From Dendrobates tinctorius (lineage: Eukaryota), in the NCBI RefSeq assembly GCF_039654945.1, contig NW_027361869.1, positions 7,688,001-7,752,000 on the forward strand: a stretch of DNA of 64,000 bases, written 5' to 3'. A program made the position numbers and the translations under genes. Positions within the stretch are counted from its first letter, which is position 1, and every line of letters begins with the position of its first letter. Below the pieces are notes generated by a model that saw only the letters and a program-made list of their open reading frames with translations, ran no database searches and was not told where the DNA came from. Of the stretch, positions 52,337 to 64,000 are shown piece after piece.

Positions 52337-53581
52337 ATCTGTCCTGCCCACCTGACTGCAACACAAAGGCTCTTTTCAGAGCCACCCAATCCTCCCTCAA
52401 GAAGAGCGAATGCCTGACCTTTAATACTGCCGGCTTTGCTACCAACCATGGTCCTGATCATGCTCGTGGTGGTGAGGCTGGTAGTTTTGCTACCCCTGCT
52501 GATGCTGGCATGGCAGGTGGTGCAAATGACCTTTTTTGGGGTTATGGGCAGAGTATTAAAAAACAACTAGACTTGAGAAGGCCTAACAGATGGACAGGCA
52601 ACTTCCATCATGTTGGTGTTACTGTTAATAGTCGCCGGCCTTCTGTCTGCGGCAACCACACTGCTTCTTCCTGGCTGTTGGGGCGCTATGCCTCCCTCCC
52701 CCTATGCTGCTGTCCTCACTTTGCATGTCCTCCTGCTAGCTTGGGTCAGTTACTATATCATCCACCACTTCATCCTGCTAAACACTGTCTCTTGTGCCTC
52801 CTTCGAGCCTGCCACCTGGTTCCAGCAGTCATGGTACTTTATTTCCCAGGGCGTTCTGATGCTTCCTGTATCCCTGGGTGGTCCTTACCAGGTCAGCTCG
52901 CCCAGGGTGGGTTGGAATCATGGCCCAGAGGGTCCACTCCAGGAGTCCTCACACGAACAAGGGTGGGTGGTTTTGCTGGGCGTAAAATACTGGTTATGGA
53001 AAAGGTTGAGGTGTAACCCACAGGGCAACATGTTTGCCAGCCAACACACTTAGTGTATGGGCATTACAAGTCTAGGAGATCTGGTTCTTTTTTTAATGAG
53101 ACATTTTTTAAAAGGCCCTCTATATTTTATTCCAAGGGGGGATTGGAGTTATTGGGGTGCATATGACTTGGTAGCAGGGCAGGCCTTGCCGTGAATCCAT
53201 AATACATGAGGGTGTGCACGAATATATGGGGAGTATACAGCACTGTATGGATACAGGATATTCAACTATAAAATACTATATGTTGGATTATCAGCACTAT
53301 ATGGAGATATATAATACTACTTGAAGGGTATACTGCACAATGTGTCCGTATACAACAGTATTTGGCAGCTTACAGCACTATATGGGGGTATACAGCCACA
53401 TATGATGTTATATAGAACAATATGGAGGGCCCACAGCACTTTGTGCAGAGTATTCAGCAATATGTAGGTATCAGCACTACCTTATGCTCATGTCACTATA
53501 TGGAGGGTATCCAGCACTATGTGAGCCTATACATACAATAGCTATTTGGGGTTTACAGCACTATATGGGGGTATTCTGTAG

Positions 53582-53761
53582 ATGATTCTGAATGGGAGGA
53601 GACACGGATTAGATATTAAAGAGAACTTTTTGACAGTGAGGATGATCAATAAGTGGAACAGGCTGCCACTGGAGGTGTTGAGTTCTCCTTCAATGGAAGT
53701 CTTCAAACAGAGGCTGGACAGACATCCGTCTGGGAGGATTTAATGAATCTTGCACTGAGCT
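53582..53761 (+). mobile_element. CR1 3' fragment, copy 2
   Basis: Same as 19826-20005. Confidence 0.8.
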
Positions 53762-54626
53762 GGAACATTCCATGATTCAGGCTTATATAGAACAGATGCT
53801 CTCGGATTTGTGTCTGCAGCACTAGATGGGGAGTATACAGCACACGTAGACTTTGTAGTGCTGTATACCACCCAGTAGGTGGTATGGAGGATGTGCAGCA
53901 CCGTACGGGGTGTGTATACATTGCCTGCAGCTCCAGGGCTGATCAGTCTCAACTCCACTTCCAGCAGTGATCGGAGCGGACCCCACACGGAGACCCGGTA
54001 ACGTTATATCTGGGCGTCTCCGTGTGGGGTCCGCACTGATCACAGGAGGCCGCATCTAGCACAGATCGGATGATACAATCCGCACATGTTCTACCAGGAG
54101 GAGCCCGATGTGCTGAGCGCTGCCGGGAGAACACGTGTACATGAGGAGCAGCAGGTAGAAGGGCAATAAGGAGTTAAACGGAGGAGGAAGCACGTCTATC
54201 GATTGGTCGGTTCCTGTGGGCGGAGCTTTATAACCGTTTGATGGTTTGAATCTCCCGCTCAGTCGTGCTCTCGGCCCTCGATCATTAACCCTTCAGTGAC
54301 TGGATTTCTGCTCTGTAGTGACCACATCACAGCGAGGTATGTACTGTGGTGCAGAGATGTCTGTGCTGCACAGTGCGGATATACTGTATGCCCCCAGAAC
54401 CTGGCAGCTGTATATTATAGATCAAGGAGAATAAACCACATCACCCCAAGTCCGCGGTGCCAGCTCCAATATGGAAGGAGGAAAGTGCAAGACACATGCC
54501 AGGCTGTGACAACTAGTATACTTACAGGCACCAGATTGCAGGAATAGGAAATCGTAGCCTCTCAGGTAGAAGATGTGGGTGGCTCTGAAAAGAGCCTTTG
54601 GGTTATCAGCACAGAAAAGAATACAA

Positions 54627-55049
<423 letters not shown>

Positions 55050-56881
55050 TTACAGAATCCACATGAGCTCCTCCCTTCCTCTGCTGTTTGGCTGAGCACA
55101 GAACTGTTGGAGAGTTTGAATTTCCCGCTCATTGTTCAGTTTCCCTTTTCTTTCCAGCTTGTAATATAATGTCACTTCTTCCCCTGTGATGAGAATTATT
55201 CCAGATTCAGCCTATAGATAAATGGGCAGCACAAATAGAGGGGAGCAGACACGGCCCCAGTATATGTCAGGAGGACAGAACAGACTGTAACCACAGATAT
55301 TACAGGCAGCCGCCCAGGGGATCTCACACCGGTAGATACACTGCCTGATATAAGGCTCAGTCCTCAGTAATCACAGGATCTCCGGTTTTCATAGAGAATA
55401 TTACATTTATATTAACCCCAGGGCTAAGCCCTCTCTGCCTTTATTCAGGTCTTATATTCCCGCATTAGGGACATTTGTGCTATGATAGGAGTCATCATTA
55501 CTTCGGGCAATTATGACACTATTGTCCTTATATTTGTGTTTTCTTCTTCCCCTGGCAATGATTCTTTTTTCCACCACATCATAGCTCACATTGCTGCAGA
55601 GTAGGGACCTGCTGTCAGCTACAATTAATTAGGAAAAACAATTATTAACATAATGACAGAAAAGGCTGAAAATCAGAGCTCAGCAGTGATCCTGACTGAT
55701 CCCAGCCGCCAATATCGCCCCATATCCTGCAGTAATTATTTAAAAAACATCTGTGAGGAGGATGTGATGGGAGATGATGTCATGACATGTCTGACCTAGA
55801 GGATCCTCACATCACAGTGTAATGTATTGTGCACTGAGCTCTCGGCAATCTTCTCTACATGATCGCACATTTCCCATCACAGACCTCCTGCCTGGAGCTG
55901 CAGGTGGGATCTGCTTGGAAGAGCAGAATTGGTCTCCCCTGAAATGTCTCTTGTAGGATACATCTCTAGCCAATATATTGTCTCCACAATACTGATTATG
56001 ACGAGAAAGGGAGATGTGATCGCCTGCAGGTCAGACACACGGGGCATCACAGCATCTGCCTAACGCGGATTCATTCTCTAACCAGGAACAGCTGCAGACT
56101 CCTGTATGGGATGTAAGCGACCAGCGACCTCTCAACACCTGCAGATTCCCCGACATCGCTCCGTCCTGGGACCGCGCGTTATATGGAGACAAAGAACAGA
56201 AAAAGCGGGAACTGCAAACGTGTCAACCATTGGGAACATTAGCTCCTCCCCTCCCTCTGCGGATTGGCTGAACACAGGACGGTTAGGGGGTTTGAATTTC
56301 CCGCTGCTTCTAAAATGTCGTCACCGCTTCCCTTTACAGTGAAGACTCCAGCATAATCTCTAGATAAAACTGCACCGACTACAAATGTCTCCTGTTATTT
56401 GAGGAAAAACACGAGAATCATGAACTAAGTGCAGAGAGGAAAATCGTCAGCTCACTGTCTGGTGCTGCATGGGGGAGAAAATTCAGTCTCAAAGCATCCC
56501 GGCTTAGAAAGTGTTATTAGTCATCATGGTGTATCATGAACTAAACCGAATCATGTTATACCAAATGAATGAGACCCCAGAATATCAAGATCTGTGGAGC
56601 AAGGGGTTAAAGAGTAGTCCCTGAACACAGAGCAACTTATGGAGAAGTGACCAGGTTATTATTTAGAAGGTCCTCGGTTCTCACAATCTCCTTGGTAGCA
56701 TTCATCATCCCTACTTCCTTCACCTGTCACTTCCCGTCACTAGACGCAGAGACCCAGGCGGTGGAGCAGACAACTGGGGGAGACGGGAAAGGACACAGGA
56801 GCAGCCACAGCTCTGATGGAGATGGGGTGGTGGCTCTTAGAAGAGCCTTTGGGGTGATGGCGGAGCAGCAGACTGAGCAGA

Positions 56882-57367
<486 letters not shown>

Positions 57368-57513
57368 CTATTGGGTGACAAAGTCATGTGACCAACAGAA
57401 CCGTCAATCGCTCCGCCCACTGCAGCTGATTGGTAGCTACACAAGTCTGTTTTCCATTGGTAACTTGAGATCCATCCAATGACAGGAGAGGAGGGCGGGG
57501 CAGACGATTATGA

Positions 57514-57969
<456 letters not shown>

Positions 57970-59068
57970 GCGCTGCCGCCGATCTCTGTCCACAACACCA
58001 AAGGCTCTTCTAAGAGCCACCCACACCGTCGCCACAAGAGCTGACGCCGCTGATCTCTGCGTGCTCACATGGGACTGACGTTAGACACCACGGGCTGCCG
58101 CCACCAGTTTGTAGGTTGGTGCCCATACACACTTGATTCCGGGGTTCAACACAAAACACTGAGGATGCCCATGTCTGGGTTATCACATGAAGCCTCAGAC
58201 CTGTGTGGGGAGAGGAGTCCTCGAATAATCACAGGAAATGTCCCTCATTAGTGAATGTCTTGATACTCGGGCCCCTGACTCCGCTGTGGAGATTACATGC
58301 GGTTATCACGTCCCGGAGTATCGGGGGATGGCGGCCGGTGATTGTCCACATCAGTGACTGCTGCTCCTCCCGGAGGGCGATCCCGTGATGGTGGCTCTGG
58401 AGGGCCGGACTCTGCGCGGTTCTCTGTGTGACCGGATTGTGATGTCCGCTAATAATCCTCGGCGGAAGAAGAGCGGGAAGTTCAAATCCCCAAACGGATC
58501 CTGCGATCAGACAATGAGCGGGAATCCTCGGTTAAGCGCCGCCCTCAGCCTTCAGCGATGTACATAGACGCCTTTCCTCCTCTGTTTAACCTCTTACTTG
58601 CCTTGTTCCTGCTGATCCCCTCTTATTTACCAGTGTTCATAGATGCGCCACCTTCATCTCACATCGGGCTCCTCGAGAACATCTGCTGCTTATAGCCCCC
58701 TGTAATCAGTGCAGAAACAGCTGGGAGTCCCGATAATACTGTAAGTGACTGAGGAGATTGCGGCACGTGCAGATCGAGCTAATTGCCATCATTGGTGAAA
58801 AGTCCTAGAGCTACACAGAGGGTTAACCCCACATTAGTGTAGTGTAATTATCCGCAGGTTCACTGAACAAATATTATGTAACAGAAGAAAATTAATTAAG
58901 CCAATAAACCACAAATCCTCCTGCTTTTCTGTAATTACTAAAAAAAAAAAAGCACAGATGAAAACCTATGTACTGATGGGGGAGCGTGATAGGCGACGCG
59001 CTGGTTCCAGCATCAATGTGCTCTCCATCCGCATGCCATACTCCATACCCCGTCCCCCATTTTTGGCC

Positions 59069-62000
59069 TGTATGATCAGTGCCACCACTTCACCCCTGCA
59101 GAGTTCTATAATGAGTGCCACCACCTCGTCCCTGCTGACCTGTATGTTCAGTGCCACCACCTTTTCCCTGCAGAGCTGTATGTTCAGTGCCACCACCTTT
59201 ACATGCAGAGCTGTATGATCAGTGCCACCACCTTTTCGCCGCAGAACTGTATAATCAGTGCCACCACATTGTCAACGCAAGCTGTATGATCAGTGCCACC
59301 ACCTACTCCTTGCAGAGCTGTATGATCAGTGCCACCACCTAATCCCTGCAGAGCTTTTTGATCAGTGCCACCACGTCATCCCCTCAGGGCTACCTGATTA
59401 GTGCCACCACCTTGTACACGCAAAGCTGTCTGATCAGTGCCACCACCTTGTCCACGAAAAGTTGCATGATCAGTGCCACCACCTCGTCTCTGCAGACCTG
59501 TATGATCAGTGCCACTACATCATCCCTGCAGAGCTTTATGATCAGTACCACCATCTTGTCCCAGCAGAGCTGTACGATCAGTGCCACCACCTATTCCCTG
59601 CAGAGCTGTATGATCAGTGCCACCACCTCCTCCCTGCAGAGCTGTATGATCAGTGCCACAACCTCATCCCTGCAAACCAGTATGTTTAGTGCCACAACCT
59701 CCTCCCTGTAGAGCTGTCTGATCAGTGCCACCACCTTGTCCGCGCTGAGCTGTATGTTCAATAACACCACCTTTTCCCTGCAGACCTGTGTGATCAGTGC
59801 CACCACCTTGTCGCCGCAGAACTGTATAATCAGTGCCACCACCTTGTCGCCGCAGAGGTGTATGATCAGCGTCACCAACTTTTCCCTGAAGAGCTGTATG
59901 ATCAGTGCCACCACCTCATCCCTGCAGGGCTGTATGATCTGTGCTACTGAAACATCCCTGCAGAGCTGTATGATCGGTGCCACTACCTCATCCCTGCAGA
60001 ACTGCATGATCAGTGCCACGACCTCATCACTGCAGAGCTGTATGATCAGTGCCAACATCTTGTCCCCACAAAGCTGTATCATAAGTGCCACCACTTTGTC
60101 CGAGCAGAGCTGTATGATCAGTGCCATCAAATTATCCCGGGAGAGCTCTATTATCAGTGCCACCACCTACTCCCTGCAGAGCTGTATGATCAGTGCCACC
60201 ATCTCCTCCCTGCAAATCTGTATAATCAGTGCCACCACCTCCTCTCTGCAGAGCTGTATGATCTGTGCCACCACCACATCCCTGCAAACCAGTATGTTCA
60301 GTGCGACAACCTCCTCCCTGCAGAGCTGTATAATCAGTGCCACCACCTTGTCTCTGCAGAGCTGTATGATTAGTGCCACCACCTGGTCCTTGCAGAGCTG
60401 TATGATCAGTAACACCACCTTGTCGCCGCAGAGGTGTATGATCAGTGCCACCACCTCATCCCTGCAGGCTGTATGATCTGTGCTACTGAATCATACCTGC
60501 AGAGCTGTATGATCGGTGTCACTACCTCATCCCTGCAGAACTGCATGATCAGTGCCACCACCTTGTCCCCACAAAGCTGTATCATAAGTGCCACCACTTT
60601 GTGCGAGCAGAGCTGTATGATCAGTGTCACCAACTTTTCCCTGCAGAGCTGTATGATCAGTGCCATCACCTCATCCCTACAGGGCTGTATGATCTGTTCT
60701 ACTGAATCATCCCTGCAGAGCTGTATGATCGGTGCCACTACATCATCCCTGCAGAACTGCATAATCAGTGCCACGACCTCGTCACTGCAGAGCTGTATGA
60801 TTAGTACCACCACCTTGTGGCCGCAGAGGTGTATGATCAGTGCCACCTCCTCGTCCCTGCAGAGCTGTATGATCTGAGCCACTATCTCATCCCTGCAGAA
60901 CTGCATGATCAGTGCCTCCAACTTATCCCTAAAGAGATGTATAATCAGTGCAACCACATTATCCCCGCAAAGCTGTATGATCAGTGCCACCACCTTGTCC
61001 CTGCTGAGCTGTATAATCAGTGCCACCACGTCCTCCCTGCTGAGCTGTATGATCAGTGCCACCACCTTCTCCCTGCAAAGCAGTATGATTAGTGCCACCA
61101 CCTCGTCACTGCAGAACTTTATGATCAGTGCCACCACATATTCCCTTCAGAGCTGTATGATCAGTGCCACCACCTCCTCTCTGCAGAGCTGTATGATCAG
61201 TACCACCACCTTGTCGCCTCAGAGGTGTATTATCAGTGTCACCACCTTGTCCCCGCAGAGCTGTATGATCAGTGCCACCTCCTCGTCCCTGCAGAGCTGT
61301 ATGATCAGTGCCACCACCTGGTCCTTGCAGCACTGTGTGATCTGTGCCACTACCTCATCCCTGCAGAGCTTTATGATCAGTGTCACCACCTCTTCCCTAC
61401 AGAGCTGAATGATCAATGCCACCACCTACTCCCTGCAGAGCTGTAAGATCAGTGACACAACCTTGTCCCTACAGAGCCTTATGATCAGTGCCACCGCCTC
61501 CTCCCCATAGAGCTGTATGATCAGTGCAACCACCTCATCCCTACAGAGCTGTATGATCAGTGCAACCACCTCATCCCTACAGAGCTGTATCATCAGTGCC
61601 ACCACCTATTCCCTTCAGAGCTGTATGATCAGTGTCACCACCTCCTCTCTGCAGAGCTGTATGATCAGTACCACCACGTTGTCGCCGCAGAGGTGTATTA
61701 TCAGTGCCACCACCTTGTCTCCACAGAGCTGTATGATCAGTGCCACCTCCTCGTCCCTGCAGAGCTGTATGATCAGTGGCTCCAACTTATCCCTAAAGAG
61801 ATGTATAATCAGTGCAACTACATTGTCCCCACAAAGCTGTATGATCAGTGCCACCTCCTCGTCTTTGCAGAGCTGTATGATCAGTGTCACCACCTCTTCC
61901 CTGCAGAGCTGTATAATCAGTGACACCACCTCATACCTGCAGAGCTGCATGATTAGTGCCACCATCTTATCCACACAGAGCTGAATGATCAATGCCACCA

Positions 62001-62676
62001 CCTACTCCCTGCAGAGTTGTAAGATCAGTGACACAACCTTGTCCCTGCAGAGCCTTATGATCAGTGCCACCGCCTCCTCACCACAGAGCTGTATGATCAG
62101 TGCCACCTCCTCGTCCCTGCAGAGCTGTGTGATCTGTGCCACTACCTCATCCCTGCAGAGCTGTATGATCTGAGCCACTAACTCATCCCTGCAGAGCTGT
62201 ATGATCAGTGCCACAACCTCATCCCTGCAGAGCTGCATGATCAGTGGCTCCAACTTATCCCTAAAGAGATGTATAATCAGTGCAACCACATTGTCCCCGC
62301 AAAGCTGTATGATCAGTGCCAACACCTCGTCCTTGCAGAGCTGTATGATCAGTGCCACCATCTTATCCACACAGAGCTGAATGATCAATGCTACCATATC
62401 CTCCCTGCAAAGCTGTATAATCAGTGCCACCACCTCCTCTCTGCAGAGCTGTATGATCAGTGCCACCACCTCATCCCTGCAGAGCTTTAAGATCAGTGCC
62501 ACCACCTGGTCCTTGCAGAGCTGTATGATCAGTACCACCACCTTGTCGCCGCAGAGGTGTATGATCAGTGCCACCACCTCATCCCTGCAGGGCTGTATGA
62601 TCTGTGCTACTGAAACATCCCTGCAGAGCTGTATGATCTGTGCCACTACCTCATCCCAGCAGAACTGCATGATCAG
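59069..62676 (+). repeat. 36-bp satellite array
   Basis: Head-to-tail monomers; diverges from copy 1 after 60847. Confidence 0.96.
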
Positions 62677-64000
62677 GGCCTGGATCTCACACAGGGAGGA
62701 CGTGTTTTATGGCAGCTCCCGCTCCTAGCCACAAAATCGCCTTATTTGGCCCAGATAAAAGCGGCATAAAAGCGACAAAAAAGATTTTTAGAGTGCCCCG
62801 GGCTTGGAGAAGAAGGTGAGGGGTGGTGTGGAGACGCGGCACCGGAGCGCTGAGCGGCCTCGTGGAGAGTGCTGCGGCGCTGGAGGAAGACGGGCGCCAT
62901 CTTTATATATCCCCCTGAGTACAAGACCCGGAGATCCGGACCGCAGGAGGCCCTTGGTGGAGGTGTGTGACCGCAGAGCAGGGAGCGGTCTCGCCTGTTG
63001 GAGCACAAGGCGGTGAGAGGAAACCCCCGGTGTGCTGTCTGTGTGGCCTGCGGGGATTGCTGTCGCTGCATGAGCTGCATGAGGAGGAGGAGGGTGCTGG
63101 CTCTGGGCCAGACAGGTTGTTGACGGCCCCCGGCGTTGCTGAGACTTTCTGCAAGGCCTGAGCGGGGGATATCGCTCCCCCCACATAGAAGTGCTGCTGT
63201 CGGCTGATATAAACGCAGCAGTGGAGAGTTGGCGCTACCCTGTCTCTGCCGGCTCCAGCGGTTCCCCGCGGATGTTTCCAACTTTTAACCCCTCACCCTC
63301 CAAGTTACATGGGGTTATTTTTATATAGCAAAATGCTGTACTAGACTTTTCTTGACGCACGGGTGGTAAATTTTAGGCACGCTTCAATTGAGCAAAATGG
63401 TCAAAACTAATAAAGAGCGTGCAAAACCGCTGACTGCGGAGGCGCATCGAAGCAAACAAGGTGAAATGGATAAATTTTTGAAAAACAAATCTGCTACGCC
63501 TAAACCTAATGCTAAAAGGCTCCCTGTAGAAGTTGTGGAGGAGGAGCATGCCGAGGACTCAGATTCCAGTGACGATGCTTCTGGCAGCGATGTCACTCAA
63601 TCAGACTCTGGGAAACTTTCTAGATCGTTTTTTAAAAAATTATTAGCACAGGCTATGAAACCATTGGTTAATGAAATATCTGGTATGAGAGCGGACTTGT
63701 TACACATTGGTAATAGAGTGGAGTCTTTGGAGTCCTCTCAGTCCTCTATCATTAGCCACTCCAATGCTATGAGAGAACATCTAGATTATCACAGAATACA
63801 GCTTAACAACTCTTTTCTGGCCCTTGAGGATCAGGAAAATCGGAGTCGCAGAAAGAACATACGGATAAAAGGCTTGCCTGAAAGTGTTTCCACAGAGATA
63901 TTGGAAAAAGCTACTACGGAGATCTTTGCCCTCTTAATTCCACAAGAAACATGTGACCGAATTGTAATAGAAAGGGTGCATAGATCTCTTAGACCAAAGC
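62677..64000 (+). mobile_element. L1-clade LINE, 5' UTR and start of ORF1 (runs off the window)
   Basis: Abrupt end of the satellite; GC-rich ~720-bp 5' UTR with YY1-like GCGCCATCTT; ORF1 downstream. Confidence 0.85.
63397..64000 (+). CDS. L1 ORF1p (partial; absent from the ORF track because it has no stop in the window)
   Basis: MVKTNKERAK... coiled-coil region, then EDQENRSRRKNIRIKGLPE and IERVHR (L1 ORF1p RRM-region motifs). Confidence 0.88.
   Translation, partial: MVKTNKERAKPLTAEAHRSKQGEMDKFLKNKSATPKPNAKRLPVEVVEEEHAEDSDSSDDASGSDVTQSDSGKLSRSFFKKLLAQAMKPLVNEISGMRADLLHIGNRVESLESSQSSIISHSNAMREHLDYHRIQLNNSFLALEDQENRSRRKNIRIKGLPESVSTEILEKATTEIFALLIPQETCDRIVIERVHRSLRPK

Overview
Vertebrate replication-dependent histone gene locus, most likely from a frog or toad (inference). 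A quintet H1(+) H3(+) H4(-) H2B(-) H2A(+), each gene ending in a canonical 3' stem-loop, lies between multi-kb arrays of a 36-bp satellite. The block recurs with a period of 33,756 bp: 1-27091 reappears apparently identically at 33757-60847. The satellite hosts several insertions: an 11.2-kb hAT transposon (TIRs, 8-bp TSD, intact 1123-aa ORF, internal tandem arrays, two ~200-bp-arm palindromes), an L2/CR1-type RT fragment, a 566-bp insertion with a hammerhead-ribozyme-like motif, a relic H3 3' end, and the 5' end of an L1 element. The main observation is that the 36-bp monomer looks like an amplified histone pre-mRNA 3'-processing signal: right arm of the stem-loop, cleavage site and U7-complementary HDE (AGAGCTGTA). 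It starts in phase inside the H1 stem-loop, giving roughly 340 sense-oriented candidate U7 sites per cluster repeat. Most ORFs in the supplied track are repeat artefacts.
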